Positions 52,148 through 63,788 of a DNA stretch of 64,000 nt are shown here, one piece after another. The stretch comes from Cyanophyceae cyanobacterium (lineage in GTDB: Bacteria; Cyanobacteriota; Cyanobacteriia; Cyanobacteriales; Laspinemataceae): positions 32,001 to 96,000 of the forward strand of contig JBBQFN010000007.1 in assembly GCA_038321985.1 (NCBI GenBank), written 5' to 3'. A program made the position numbers and the translations under genes. The notes beneath the pieces are model-generated. The model was given only the letters and a program-made list of their open reading frames with translations. It was not told the DNA's origin and did not search any database. Position 1 is the first letter of the stretch; each line of letters opens with the position of its first letter.

Positions 52148-53041
52148 ATGAAACGTTTGAGTCTAACCCTGGCATCTACTGCTTTCGCTACCCTCGGCAT
52201 TTTGGGTACAACACCCTCCCCTGTCCGAGCTTTTTCTTTAACCCAATCGAATCCCCTTAAAATTATGCCATTAGGGGATTCTAATACCCGCGGTAAAGGT
52301 TCTGACGTTGCTGGCTATCGAGACGACCTCTGGATGCTGCTGAATGATAACGGATTCAATGTTGATTTTGTCGGTAGTGCTACTACTAATTCCCCCACAA
52401 CTTGGGATCAACCCTATGCCTTCGATCGCAATCATGAAGGTCATGGGGGGTATGCTATTAGTGGGAACACCTACGCCGGTGGCGGTGATTTGATGTCCAA
52501 TATTGATAACTGGCTAAATGCGGCCACTCCCGATGTCATCTTGTTAATGGCTGGAACCAACGACTTTATCTTTCAAAATACCACCGCCCAGGAAACAGTT
52601 AATGAACTGGGTACATTAATTGATAAAATATTTGCCTGGTCTTCTGATGTTTATGTATTGATTAGCTCGATCGCCCCCTTAGCGCCGAATCAAGGATTAT
52701 CCCAGGAAGCGGCCTTATACAATGATCTAATTCCCGGTCTGTTAGGAGGCGATCGCTATCAACAGAATAAGCTCTCTTTTGTCGATAACCGGAATTTATT
52801 TACCCTAGGCGATCTCTATGATGGCATTCACTTTACACCTAAGGGTTACACAACCTTAGCAAACGCCTGGTTTGATGGGATTGTCACCGCCGCGAATTCC
52901 AGTAATCCTACTCCGGAAACTCCCGGAGAAGACCCCTCAGTTTCTATTCCCGAACCCACTTCTGTATTGGGCCTCTTAACATTCGGTTTAGTTGGCGCAG
53001 GGTCGTTACGCAAACGCCGCCAGAGCTCAACCCCTTCCTAG
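52148..53041 (+). CDS. Secreted SGNH/GDSL hydrolase with PEP-CTERM sorting signal
   Basis: Signal peptide, IMPLGDSNT, HEGHGG, AGTND, DGIH, C-terminal IPEPTS-TM-RKRR. Confidence 0.92.
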   Translation: MKRLSLTLASTAFATLGILGTTPSPVRAFSLTQSNPLKIMPLGDSNTRGKGSDVAGYRDDLWMLLNDNGFNVDFVGSATTNSPTTWDQPYAFDRNHEGHGGYAISGNTYAGGGDLMSNIDNWLNAATPDVILLMAGTNDFIFQNTTAQETVNELGTLIDKIFAWSSDVYVLISSIAPLAPNQGLSQEAALYNDLIPGLLGGDRYQQNKLSFVDNRNLFTLGDLYDGIHFTPKGYTTLANAWFDGIVTAANSSNPTPETPGEDPSVSIPEPTSVLGLLTFGLVGAGSLRKRRQSSTPS

Positions 53042-53152
53042 AGTATATCCCCCCAATTACAGACCGCTTGCAAGAGATTAAAAAGCCGGTTGGCATTATT
53101 AAAGGGGGGGGTGGGGGGATTAGGTCAGAAACGAGTTTTACCTAAAGTATAA

Positions 53153-54544
53153 TTAAACCGGACAGCCTTCCATGTCCGGGTCTTCCTCAAAACTGATTAG
53201 AGATAAAGACTCCGGATTTTCCTGAAGCATTTTTCCGAGTAAATACCCCGAAATCGTCCAAGTTTGATACCGCCTTGATTCTTTGCCAATTAAGCGACCG
53301 TTTTTGCCATCATAATATTCCGGCCATTCATCTTCAATCAGGCGATCGCCTGCCACTTCTAATACTTTTTCCCCTAATTCGGGCCGTCCCATCTTATGAA
53401 AAGCCGCCACCAAAGGCCAAATTAAAACCGGCCAATTTCCGCCATTATGATAGGACCACGGGGGATTTTTCGGGTCTGACCCCGTAACAATTTCCCATTC
53501 CAAATTTTCCACCGGCGGAAAACAAATTTTCAGCGGCATTCGTCCCACCAAATCGGACCATCGTTCTTCAATCAAATTAATAATCTCCTGAGATTCTTCT
53601 GCCGATGATAAAGACCCCAGAATTGCCAGTAAATTTCCAAAACTGAAAAATCGAAAATCTATCCGACCCGGCCCCAAATTTCCCGCTAAATATCCGCCTC
53701 GGTCCGGTATCCATAAAGTGACCCAATGGGGAATAGACCCGGGATAAATATTAAACTTATTTACAGCATCTTTTCCAAATTGTTCACTTTTAAACCGATG
53801 AATTTGGTTTAATTTCTTGAAATCCAGCCAATAATATTCTCGAATATGGTATCTTAAAGAACCCAATCGGCTATTAATCGCTTTCAGGTAGGAATCATCG
53901 TCCTGATTGGGCAACAGCAACTCTCGGGCGGATCGCAAAGCAATATAAAATAGAGATTGAATTTCCAAAGGATGACCATAAACCCCCATCCTGCGGTCAA
54001 TCATAAAGGAACCATCGGGAACTAACAGGGTTGGAAACATTTCAAACCGAGAGCGTAAACAGAGTTCCAAAATCAGTTTGATACCTTGTTGGAAATCAGC
54101 TTGATGAGCAAAAGAAATATCACCGGTTTTCTTAACATAAGCCCGTAATAAAAACAACCACCAAAAGCCCGAGTCCACCGGGGGGACTCTGCCGATCGCA
54201 TGGTTGCCAAAGTCCCCCAATAATCGTTCTTCTCCGTCTTCATGTACAACTTTAAAACTGGCCGGCATCAAACCCGGGCCGGGTTCAAAGCAGTCCACCC
54301 GCTTATCATGTTTCTGCAACGCTAAAGTCTGAATCATAAAATGGCGAACAATGTCGGTTTTTCCTTCAATTAAAAATATCAAAGCCCCGGAAACAAAGTC
54401 TCGAATAAAGCACTGATCATAATTAAGTGCATCTAACGCGGGATCATGGGCTGCTACAGTGCCAACGGGTTTCCCCTGATAACAGAAAATAGAATTTTCT
54501 AGGAGGGCGTAGGCATCAGATGGAGTAATTTCTTTTCTTTTCAT
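53153..54544 (-). CDS. Alkaline/neutral invertase (GH100)
   Basis: [47 protein letters not shown]. Confidence 0.95.
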   Translation of the reverse strand: MKRKEITPSDAYALLENSIFCYQGKPVGTVAAHDPALDALNYDQCFIRDFVSGALIFLIEGKTDIVRHFMIQTLALQKHDKRVDCFEPGPGLMPASFKVVHEDGEERLLGDFGNHAIGRVPPVDSGFWWLFLLRAYVKKTGDISFAHQADFQQGIKLILELCLRSRFEMFPTLLVPDGSFMIDRRMGVYGHPLEIQSLFYIALRSARELLLPNQDDDSYLKAINSRLGSLRYHIREYYWLDFKKLNQIHRFKSEQFGKDAVNKFNIYPGSIPHWVTLWIPDRGGYLAGNLGPGRIDFRFFSFGNLLAILGSLSSAEESQEIINLIEERWSDLVGRMPLKICFPPVENLEWEIVTGSDPKNPPWSYHNGGNWPVLIWPLVAAFHKMGRPELGEKVLEVAGDRLIEDEWPEYYDGKNGRLIGKESRRYQTWTISGYLLGKMLQENPESLSLISFEEDPDMEGCPV

Positions 54545-55029
54545 TGATTTAAAGGATTCAACAGCAAGCAAGTCGCCGAGACAGTTGGATTGTTAGCTTT
54601 GAAGACAGCCCATCCTCCAGTCGCCGGTGGATTTTTGATAGATTCAGTATTCAAAAATGGCAGCGGGGGAGGGTTGGCAAGTGCGGCACTAACTCTCTAC
54701 TATCCCGGCTGTGGTCAATTTGCTTATTCTATCATGATTGTGTCGGTTCGTGTTACGCACACAGGGCTAAAGCTGGGGTTTAGAAGCGATCGCACTCCCT
54801 TGTTATTCCAACAAAATCCCCCCTTAGCTATTTCCTCCAAACTGCGACTCATCTCCCCAATTCAAGGTTGGGTGTTCTTGCCCTTGAAAATAAAATATTT
54901 GTAATCTGCAATTTCAGATTTAGTTTTTGCGGTCAAACTATCTACAACCGATCACAGGTGAAACGGTATGCTAAAACGAAATCGAAAGAATAACCCGTCA
55001 TTAGAGAGAAGTTCATTTATCGTGTCGTC

Positions 55030-56592
55030 ATGTCAATAGAACCCGTAGCAAGTGAAACGCTAATCCAACAAAGTTTAGAGCGCTTTCTCCTTGTCCTAAC
55101 CGTTTCCCTGAGTGTCGCGACACTCCCGCAAATTTTTAGCTGGGTGCGACAAATTCCCTACACCCTGTTGTTAGTGATCGTCGGATTGGGTTTAGCCTTC
55201 GTAGATGTGCGCCTCGTCAACCTGTCCCCTGCACTCATCCTGTCGATATTTTTGCCCCCGTTGTTATTTGAAGCCGGCTGGAATCTGCGGTGGAAAGACT
55301 TAAAGCGAGATTTAGTCCCGGTGAGTTTGTATGCCATCCTCGGGGTACTAATTTCTGTAATCGGGATTGCGATCGCCTTAAAGGAGTTCGCCGCAATCCC
55401 CTTCGCCACCGCCTTGTTAATCGGCGCGAGTCTCTCGGCCACGGATCCGATTTCCGTAATTGCCCTATTTAGAGAGCTCGGCGTAGACAAACGCCTCTCT
55501 ACCCTGATGGAAGGGGAAAGTTTATTTAATGACGGAGTAGCGGTCGTTGCCTTTAGTTTGCTGGTGGGACTGGCATTAGGGACCGAGCAATTTGAAGTCC
55601 GCAGCACGATCGCCCAATTTTTTACATTTGCCGGGATTGGCATCGGCATCGGTAGCCTAATTGGATTTGGGATTTCCTACCTCACCCAACGCTTTGATTT
55701 ACCCCTCGTCGAACAATCTTTAACCCTAGTCTCTGCCTACGGGACTTATCTCATCGTCGAAGAACTCGGCGGATCGGGTGTAATTGGCGTGGTTACCGTC
55801 GGGGTAATCTTGGGTAACTTTGGCTCCCGAATTGGCATGAATCCACGCACCAGACTGATTGTGACTGAGTTTTGGGAGTTTTTAGCCTTTTTTGTGAATT
55901 CTATCGTTTTTTTGCTGATTGGCGACCAAATCCATTTTGCTTCCCTTGCCGATAATTTGGACACGATCGCCATTACTTTAGGTGCGATGTTAGTGACTCG
56001 GGCGATCGCCATTTATGCCCTCGGTGCATTGAGCAATGTACTGGTAAAATCGGACATCAGTCTGCAAGAGCAAACCGTCTTATGGTGGGGGGGATTGCGG
56101 GGTTCGGTATCCATTGCATTAGCCCTTTCTGTCCCGATAATTTTAGAAGCACGGGAAGAAATTATTGCCACGGTATTTGGGGTGGTTTTATTTACCTTAT
56201 TGGTTCAGGGTTTAACCACCAAACCTCTGCTTAAAGTCCTGAATCTGTTGGGAGATCAAACGGTACGGCAGAACTATTTAGAGGCGATCGCGCGTCGTGC
56301 GGCACTCCAGCGAGTCCTGGACCACTTGAAACAGGGACAAGATGGACCTGATATTGATTGGGAGTTTTATCGCTATCAAACTGCTCTGGTAGAAGGAGAA
56401 GTCAATAAAATTCAAAATACCATCAACCAATTGCGAATTAAAGAGCCGGATATCCAGGATTTTGCCCGAGAACAATTCAAAGAAGAACTCCTGGCGATCG
56501 AAGCTGATACTTACGCTGAATTCGTGCGATCGGGCCGCTTAAATCGAGATTTAGCTCCCTTCCTACAAGATGTGCTTCAAGGAGGGGATTGA
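55030..56592 (+). CDS. CPA1/NhaP-type Na+/H+ antiporter
   Basis: FLPPLLFEA, SATDP, EGESLFNDG, WGGLRG, VQGLT. Confidence 0.93.
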   Translation: MSIEPVASETLIQQSLERFLLVLTVSLSVATLPQIFSWVRQIPYTLLLVIVGLGLAFVDVRLVNLSPALILSIFLPPLLFEAGWNLRWKDLKRDLVPVSLYAILGVLISVIGIAIALKEFAAIPFATALLIGASLSATDPISVIALFRELGVDKRLSTLMEGESLFNDGVAVVAFSLLVGLALGTEQFEVRSTIAQFFTFAGIGIGIGSLIGFGISYLTQRFDLPLVEQSLTLVSAYGTYLIVEELGGSGVIGVVTVGVILGNFGSRIGMNPRTRLIVTEFWEFLAFFVNSIVFLLIGDQIHFASLADNLDTIAITLGAMLVTRAIAIYALGALSNVLVKSDISLQEQTVLWWGGLRGSVSIALALSVPIILEAREEIIATVFGVVLFTLLVQGLTTKPLLKVLNLLGDQTVRQNYLEAIARRAALQRVLDHLKQGQDGPDIDWEFYRYQTALVEGEVNKIQNTINQLRIKEPDIQDFAREQFKEELLAIEADTYAEFVRSGRLNRDLAPFLQDVLQGGD

Positions 56593-56955
56593 TAACGCCT
56601 TTCGTATCCGGTTAAATCGCAATCATGAGACCCGGATGGAGGAGTGCATTAGCACCACGTCCAGGCTGGTTTACTGGCGATGCGCGTCTAAATGAATTAG
56701 GAAACTCATCCTCAAAGGAGTGGGAGCGTTTCGCTCTCTATCATAGTCTCGTTCAATGTTAGAATAGGGAGCGTCTTGCTCACTGTTAAAGTAGGGAGTA
56801 AGACACTCCCTCTCCTCAATTTTAGGGTGTAATTGATTTACACCCAATCCGGGTTCAAAAAATATGAGTTTAAAAGTAGCCAGGATTGAGGAATTTGTTG
56901 ATGTGTCCGCACCAGACTAGGTGTGGTTTTCGTGAATAAAAACCGCCATATTTTA

Positions 56956-58107
56956 CTAGCGATACACCGGCAAAGTAAAATGAAACGAACTACCTTTATT
57001 GTAAAAAGAATCAACCCAAATTTCCCCGCCATTGGCCCGGATAAACCGCTTACATAAGCCTAAGCCTATTCCATATCCATCTTTTGTTTCATCTCGTTTT
57101 AGACGGAAGCGGTCCTCAAAAATATGGTTTTGATTTTCTGAGGGGATACCAGGGCCATTATCAATGATGCTAACTTGAACCTTTTGCGTCGTGCGGTGCA
57201 AGATGCAAACTTCAATTTTTCCCGCTTGGGGGGTGTACTTAATCGCATTATCTAAAAGATTAACAATCACCTGCCGCACCCGTTCTCCATCAGCATAAAC
57301 AGGGGGTAAATCATTGGGAATATCGCTTTTTAGGTGATGGGACTTCGCCGATAATCGGTCCTTAAAATTTTCTATAATGTTGAAAGTGAGGGTTTTAAGG
57401 TCTAACTTATGAGGACAAATTTGAAACTCTCTACCGCTACTGCTGTGAGCGGCAACCAACATATCTGATATCATGCGATCGATGAGGCGGGTTTGAGTGC
57501 GAGCATGATGAATTAAACGGGCCTTAAGAGCCGATGCAGCCTCTTCATTAAGGGTTTTTTCTCGTTTATAGGTGATTTCGAGGGTTTCCAAGGCTAAGCA
57601 AGTCGCAGTGAGAGGATTTCGTAATTCATGGGCTAACATTGCAATCAGACGGTCTTTAAAATGAAGTTGGTCCACCAGTTCTTCTTTTTCTTGCTTCAGG
57701 CGAAAAATTTCATCGGAAAGTTCCATCAATTCAGCGGAATGAGCTAAAGAAGAGGGGTTTTTTCTAAGGTAATGTCCGTTGCTTTGTTCTGACGCCTGGT
57801 TGGTGAGATAATCTTCAAGAGACTTTTGCCACCGATCCCACCACTTATCGAGTTCAGCTACTAAATTGCTGCCTGCTAGAACTTGTTGGGGTCCCGGATG
57901 GAGTTTAATCAAGGCCGGAGTCGCTACGAGTTTAAACTGTTCAGCCAAATAAGGCTGTTCACTGACATCAATGATCTGTAAATCAAAGGGGATATCACTC
58001 CGCCGTTGTTGAAAGTAACTGCGGATTTGGCGGATTTGTTCACTGGATTTCGGACGCCTATCGACAAATAGGACAAGCTGTAAAGGCGCTTCGTCGTTAT
58101 GATGCAT
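56956..58107 (-). CDS. sasA: Clock-output histidine kinase SasA
   Basis: N-terminal KaiB-like domain (LFVD..., QPYLAEQFKLVATPALIK), H-box AHELRNPL, NLLDNAIKY, HRTTQKVQVS. Confidence 0.92.
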   Translation of the reverse strand: MHHNDEAPLQLVLFVDRRPKSSEQIRQIRSYFQQRRSDIPFDLQIIDVSEQPYLAEQFKLVATPALIKLHPGPQQVLAGSNLVAELDKWWDRWQKSLEDYLTNQASEQSNGHYLRKNPSSLAHSAELMELSDEIFRLKQEKEELVDQLHFKDRLIAMLAHELRNPLTATCLALETLEITYKREKTLNEEAASALKARLIHHARTQTRLIDRMISDMLVAAHSSSGREFQICPHKLDLKTLTFNIIENFKDRLSAKSHHLKSDIPNDLPPVYADGERVRQVIVNLLDNAIKYTPQAGKIEVCILHRTTQKVQVSIIDNGPGIPSENQNHIFEDRFRLKRDETKDGYGIGLGLCKRFIRANGGEIWVDSFYNKGSSFHFTLPVYR

Positions 58108-58432
58108 GGTTTTTTACGGAACTGCCCTCATGCAATCCCCTTACGGCAATGCGGCTAAAAAAGTAACACTCATTCTGAGTTTGAACAGACGTGACTCGAT
58201 CGCCCTGATGGTCCTTTTGTTTTTCTTTATATTTATAAATTATCCTGTTTATGGTCGATTCTTGAAAGAGGCCTTGATGATTGGGATCTCGTCACGACTC
58301 GGACTTATTGCCGAGTCAAGAGTCAGGGCCTTTGGAGGGGTCGGAACCCCAGGGAACCTCAACTTTCTCCCGGTTGAGGCATCGGAACCTTAGTTGTCAA
58401 ACCTTAACATTTTCTTAAGACTTAAGCGAGGA

Positions 58433-60241
58433 ATGTTGGCAAACTTGCAGAAAAATACAGGGTTACGGTTGGTGATCAGTGTGGCGATCGCCTTCTTTGT
58501 CATCACAATGGTGTTCACCCTACACCGTTACTACACCTTTTACGCCTCTTTTGACCAGGGAATTTTTAACCAGGTCTTTTGGAATAGCAGCCAGGGGCGC
58601 TTGTTTCAAAGTTCCCTCTCATCGGGCCTTTCGACGAATGTGGTTCACAGCGGGGAAGTCCCGGATGTGTCCTATCACCGCCTGGGACAACATTTTACCC
58701 CCGCCTTATTGCTGTGGCTGCCCATTTACAGCCTGTTTCCGTCTCCAGTGACCTTAAGCGTCCTCCATGTCACCCTCGTCACCGCTGCCGGAGGGGTGCT
58801 CTACCTCCTCGCCCGGGTATATCTGCAACCAGCGACTGCCAGTTTGATCGCCGTCAGCTATTATGCTGCCAATGCGATCGCCGGTCCCACCCTCTCTAAT
58901 TTCCATGACAACTTCCAGATGCCCTTATTTGTCTTCAGTCTGTTGTTGGCAATGGAAAAACGCTGGTGGTGGTTATTTTGGCCTCTAGCCCTCTGTATCC
59001 TCGCCGTCCGGGCCGATGGGGGCATTTCTCTTTTTGGCGTCGGCATTTACATGATTCTCAGCAAACGCTATCCGAAACAAGGATTAGCCATTTGTACCCT
59101 CAGCTTTACCTATATCGCCCTCTTGACCAACCTGGTCATGCCCCTGTTTTCTGACGATATTTCTCGCCGGTTTACCATTGAACGTTTCGGGCAGTATGTA
59201 GATAAAGAAGAAGCAACCACCTTAGATATTCTCTGGGCATTTATCAGCCAACCGGGATTGGTAATTTGGGAGATTATTACCCCCATTGGTGGAAAACTAA
59301 AATATCTCCTCGGACAGTGGCTGCCCTTGGCCTTTATTCCAGCCTTTTCCCCTGCCGCTTGGTCGATCGCCGGATTTCCCCTGTTAGCTATTTTCTTGCA
59401 GCAAGGTCAAACCGCCTTATCGATTAACATTCGCTATGCCATGACAGTCGTCCCGGGGCTCTGTTATGGGGCAGTTCTCTGGTGGTCCCACCGTCAAACC
59501 TTGCTGGAAGCCCCAGTTCGGGACGTAATTCGCCAGGGATTGTGGACTAAACCCAACATCGCAGCAAACAACGTCCACGAGGTGACAGGATTAAAGAAAC
59601 AGATATCTCAGTGGGGCGATCGCCTTGCTGCCGTTCGCGAAACCCTGGGAAAAAAAGCGGACCGATGGTGGGAAAAACATCCGAAACTGTTCACCATTTC
59701 CATGCAGCGCTTTTGGGCGATTTGTATTGGATTGTCCCTGTTGTTTACTTTTACTTCCAACCCAAATCGGACCTTTTATTTTCTAATTCCCGACTCAATT
59801 AACCCCTGGGTTTATGTGTCCCTGCCGCAGCAGTGGCAACATAGTAGTCACATCCGGGCATTAATGAAACAGATTCCCCCCGATGCCAGCGTTTCCGCGA
59901 CCACTTATTTAGTACCGTCCTTATCTGGACGACGGGAAATTCTGCGCTTTCCGTTTTTGCGGTTGCGGAATGATGCCTCCGAAGAGGTCAACGTAGAGTA
60001 TGCGATCGCTGACTTGTGGCAACTCCAGCAATATCTCCCAGCCTTCAAACATGACCGCGCCTTATTTCGGGATTTAGTCCCGTTTATCGAACAACTCTAT
60101 GGGACCAACCAATATGGCATCATTGGATTTGAACAGGGGGTGATTTTGATGCGCCGACAAACTCCCTCGGATCCCGCAGCCTTAGCGGCTTGGCAAGGGT
60201 ATCGTCAAGAAATTGAACCCTTATTGCAACCCAATCCGTAA
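58433..60241 (+). CDS. DUF2079-type polytopic membrane protein (GT-C-like)
   Basis: SFDQGIFNQVFWN, LGQHFTP, NFH, multiple TM segments, IPPDASVSA. Confidence 0.85.
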   Translation: MLANLQKNTGLRLVISVAIAFFVITMVFTLHRYYTFYASFDQGIFNQVFWNSSQGRLFQSSLSSGLSTNVVHSGEVPDVSYHRLGQHFTPALLLWLPIYSLFPSPVTLSVLHVTLVTAAGGVLYLLARVYLQPATASLIAVSYYAANAIAGPTLSNFHDNFQMPLFVFSLLLAMEKRWWWLFWPLALCILAVRADGGISLFGVGIYMILSKRYPKQGLAICTLSFTYIALLTNLVMPLFSDDISRRFTIERFGQYVDKEEATTLDILWAFISQPGLVIWEIITPIGGKLKYLLGQWLPLAFIPAFSPAAWSIAGFPLLAIFLQQGQTALSINIRYAMTVVPGLCYGAVLWWSHRQTLLEAPVRDVIRQGLWTKPNIAANNVHEVTGLKKQISQWGDRLAAVRETLGKKADRWWEKHPKLFTISMQRFWAICIGLSLLFTFTSNPNRTFYFLIPDSINPWVYVSLPQQWQHSSHIRALMKQIPPDASVSATTYLVPSLSGRREILRFPFLRLRNDASEEVNVEYAIADLWQLQQYLPAFKHDRALFRDLVPFIEQLYGTNQYGIIGFEQGVILMRRQTPSDPAALAAWQGYRQEIEPLLQPNP

Positions 60242-60335
60242 ACAACAACCGGCGGGTTTTTAAACTCCGCTGGTTGTTGTAACCGGGGAAAAATGTTACT
60301 TCTATTCAACCTTAAATTTGTCTAAATCTGCACCG

Positions 60336-61523
60336 ATGAAAATTCTGGTACTAACTTGGGAGTTTCCCCCCCGGATTGTTGGGGGTATTGCACGGCACGT
60401 TGCGGAGTTATATCCGGAGTTAGTAAAGTTGGGCCATTCGGTCCATCTAGTGACCGTGGAATTTGGCAATGCACCGATGTATGAACAATTAGAAGGGATT
60501 GAAGTACATCGGGTCCCCGTCGAAGCGGGAAACGACTTTTTCCACTGGGTTACCAACATGAACGAGAGTATGGGACGTCATGGGGGTAAATTAATTTTAG
60601 AAGAAGGACCCTTCGACTTGATTCATGCCCATGATTGGTTAGTCGGTGATGCGGCGATCGCCCTCAAACACCATTTTAAAATTCCCCTGATTGCCACCAT
60701 CCACGCCACCGAACATGGCCGTAACAACGGACTTCGGAACGAGGTACAGCATTACATTGCGCAGAAAGAGGGAGACTTGGTGTACAACTCCTGGCGCACG
60801 ATTGTTTGTAGTGACTATATGCGTCGAGAAGTCGAACGGGCATTAGGCTGTCCCTGGGATAAAATAGATGTAATTTTTAATGGCATCCGGGCCGAAAAGA
60901 AACCCCGCTGGCACGATTTTGATGCCTGGACCTTCCGCCGTCAATTTGCCGAAGATAACGAGAAAATCGTGTATTATGTCGGTCGAATGACTTATGAAAA
61001 AGGCGTTGAAGTGCTATTAAAAGCCGCCCCAAAAATCCTGCGGGAAATGGGAGGATTAGTGAAATTTGCCATTGTGGGTGGTGGCAATACGGACCTTCTC
61101 AAGCAATTAGCTTCTGCCTTGAATATCTGGGATAAGTGCTATTTTACCGGCTTTATGTTTGAGGATGACCTGCACCAATTCCAAACCGTCGCTGATTGTG
61201 CTGTTTTCCCAAGTTTGTACGAACCCTTTGGGATTGTTGCCTTGGAAAGTTTTGCGGCAAGGGTGCCAGTGGTGGTGTCTGATACGGGAGGATTGCCCGA
61301 GGTGGTCCAAGATACGAAAACCGGCGTAGTCACGCGCACTAATGATCCAGATTCCCTCGCTTGGGGAATACTGGATGTGTTGAAAAATCCCGCCTATGTT
61401 CAGTGGTTAATTGATAATGCCTATTCTGATTTAAAACGGCGATTTAGCTGGCCGAAATTGGCTCAACAAACCGAAGCAGTTTACAAGCAAGTCGTGAAGG
61501 AAAGAGAGCAAATTGTTTGGTAA
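60336..61523 (+). CDS. Glycosyltransferase family 4
   Basis: WEFPPRIVGG, HAHDWL, TIHATE, PSLYEPFGIVALE. Confidence 0.93.
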   Translation: MKILVLTWEFPPRIVGGIARHVAELYPELVKLGHSVHLVTVEFGNAPMYEQLEGIEVHRVPVEAGNDFFHWVTNMNESMGRHGGKLILEEGPFDLIHAHDWLVGDAAIALKHHFKIPLIATIHATEHGRNNGLRNEVQHYIAQKEGDLVYNSWRTIVCSDYMRREVERALGCPWDKIDVIFNGIRAEKKPRWHDFDAWTFRRQFAEDNEKIVYYVGRMTYEKGVEVLLKAAPKILREMGGLVKFAIVGGGNTDLLKQLASALNIWDKCYFTGFMFEDDLHQFQTVADCAVFPSLYEPFGIVALESFAARVPVVVSDTGGLPEVVQDTKTGVVTRTNDPDSLAWGILDVLKNPAYVQWLIDNAYSDLKRRFSWPKLAQQTEAVYKQVVKEREQIVW

Positions 61524-61756
61524 TGCTAGTGGGAATTATCCCGGTTGACAGGCTAGGGTAAAGCAGAGAATTAAGCTGTTATGTTAAGGGCTTAAAATAG
61601 ACAGATTGATTCTATCTGTTTTAAGAGGGGACTGAATAACCCACTCACTCGGGTTCGGGAAATAAATACAACTTGAGAGAATCCATACTAGACTATTTCG
61701 AGACCAACCCGAGGGTCAAAGACGAGTCCCCAATTCTTGCCGCTAAGGGGTCAACT

Positions 61757-63769
61757 ATGAGCGTGACACGCAATTTCATCTTGAATCCCAAACGTTTGTT
61801 TCAGTCCTGGAAGTTTCCCATTCGTCTGGTGCTGGTTGTGCCATTTGTCCTCCAAATTTCCGTGACGGTGGGATTGACGGGTTGGTTATCCTTGGAAAAT
61901 GGACAACAAGCAGTTAATGATTTGGCGGCTCAGTTACGTGCTGAAATTGTAGCTCGAATTGAAACCCAGTTGCGGGATTATTTACAAGCGCCTCGGGTGA
62001 TTAATCAAATTAATGCTAATGCGATCGAGTTAGGTCACCTGGATTCTCAAGATACTGGCAGTCTAACTCGGCAATTTTGGCGGCAACGAAATTTAGTCGA
62101 TCGCATTAAGGTTTCGGCAATTTATTTAGGAGGTGCCGATGGGGAATTTATCGGATTAGGCTTTCAAAATAATAACCGCTGGGAAATTGGTCGTGCGGGT
62201 CGTTCTACCGGGGGAAATTTTCACAGTTACGCTGTTGATAATTTTGGAAATCCGGGGGAATTATTAGAGTCTGGTAATCCTTATAACCCGCGAATTCGGC
62301 CTTGGTATGAAAAAGCGGTGCAGGCTAATCAACCTATTTGGAGCGATATTTATGTAGATTTCAAAGACCCCAGACTAAAAATTACCCTAGCACAACCCTT
62401 GTATGACAAAGGGGGAAATTTGCGTGGGGTTTTAGGAGTAGATTTTGTTTTATCCCATATTCGAGAATTTTTAGAAAGTATTAAAATTGGCAAATCTGGA
62501 CAGACCTTTATTATGGAAAGGTCGGGATTATTGGTGGCAACTTCAGTCCCACAACTTCCCTATCAGATTGAAGGCGATCAGGTGAATCGGATTGCAGCGG
62601 TGGATGTAGATGATTTTTTAATTCGGGAAAGTGCGAAATATCTAAAAACTTATTTTAAAGATTTGGGTCAGATTAAAGGTCCAAAGCAACTGGCATTTAA
62701 GATTAAAGGCAAGCTCCAATTTGTGCAAGTTGTGCCATTTTCGGAAGGGGAAAATTTGGATTGGTTGATTGTAGTGGTCGTACCCGAATCAGATTTTATG
62801 GAACGGATTCAGGGGAATACACGCACCACGATTCAGTTATCTTTAGTGGCATTAATTTTAGCGATTGGAGTGGGATTAATCACAGCGCGATGGATTACCC
62901 ATCCCTTGTGGCAACTGAGTCAAGCAAGTATGGCGATCGCCAATGGAGATTTTGAACGCCGCGTCTGGGTCGATCGGTCCGATGAGTTGGGGACCTTAGC
63001 CAAAGCGTTCAATCAGATGAGTGCTCAACTCAAATCCTCTCACGAACAACTGGCAGAATATTCACGATCGCTGGAAAAAAAAGTCAGCGATCGCACCCAA
63101 GAACTCCAAGCCGAACAAGAAAAATCGGAACAGTTATTACTCAATATTTTCCCCGCAGCAATTGCTAAACGCTTAAAAAACAATCAAACCGCGATCGCCG
63201 ACTATTTCCCCGAAGTCACCATTCTATTTGCCGACATTGTAGGATTTACCACCCTCTCCAGTCGCGTCTCTCCCATTCAGCTAGTCTCATGGCTGAATCA
63301 TATTTTTTCCACCTTCGATCGCCTTGCCGAAAAACATGGATTAGAAAAAATCAAAACCATCGGCGATGCTTACATGGTAGTCGGGGGACTCCCAGAACAA
63401 CGTCCTGACTCCGCCGAGGCGATCGCAGAAATGGCCCTAGAAATGCAGCAAGCCGTCCAAGAATTCTGCATCATCACCGGCCAAGAATTTCAAATCAGAA
63501 TCGGCATCAATATCGGACCCGTAGTCGCCGGAGTCATTGGCCTCAAAAAATTCATCTACGACCTTTGGGGAGACACCGTAAACGTAGCATCCCGCATGGA
63601 ATCCTCCGGCCTCCCCGGCAAAATTCAAGTCACCACCGAAACCTACCATCGCCTCAGCCACAAATTTAACTTCCAAAAACGAGGACCCATTACCATCAAA
63701 GGAAAAGGTCCAATGATCACCTACTGGCTAATCCATCAAATCCCCAAATCCCTCAGTGAAAATCAGTGA
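61757..63769 (+). CDS. Membrane adenylate/guanylate cyclase with Cache sensor and HAMP domain
   Basis: TM, YNPRIRPWY Cache motif, TM, DELGTLAKAFNQM, FADIVGFT, KIKTIGDAYM, YDLWGDTVNVASRMES. Confidence 0.93.
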   Translation: MSVTRNFILNPKRLFQSWKFPIRLVLVVPFVLQISVTVGLTGWLSLENGQQAVNDLAAQLRAEIVARIETQLRDYLQAPRVINQINANAIELGHLDSQDTGSLTRQFWRQRNLVDRIKVSAIYLGGADGEFIGLGFQNNNRWEIGRAGRSTGGNFHSYAVDNFGNPGELLESGNPYNPRIRPWYEKAVQANQPIWSDIYVDFKDPRLKITLAQPLYDKGGNLRGVLGVDFVLSHIREFLESIKIGKSGQTFIMERSGLLVATSVPQLPYQIEGDQVNRIAAVDVDDFLIRESAKYLKTYFKDLGQIKGPKQLAFKIKGKLQFVQVVPFSEGENLDWLIVVVVPESDFMERIQGNTRTTIQLSLVALILAIGVGLITARWITHPLWQLSQASMAIANGDFERRVWVDRSDELGTLAKAFNQMSAQLKSSHEQLAEYSRSLEKKVSDRTQELQAEQEKSEQLLLNIFPAAIAKRLKNNQTAIADYFPEVTILFADIVGFTTLSSRVSPIQLVSWLNHIFSTFDRLAEKHGLEKIKTIGDAYMVVGGLPEQRPDSAEAIAEMALEMQQAVQEFCIITGQEFQIRIGINIGPVVAGVIGLKKFIYDLWGDTVNVASRMESSGLPGKIQVTTETYHRLSHKFNFQKRGPITIKGKGPMITYWLIHQIPKSLSENQ

Positions 63770-63788
63770 AATCAGTGGTTCATCCCTC

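Noticed and set aside
54590..54904. 104-aa ORF between invertase and NhaP; likewise 58106..58393, 27853..28182 and 24960..25247
   Set aside because: No recognisable motifs; they lie in promoter/terminator regions or overlap real genes
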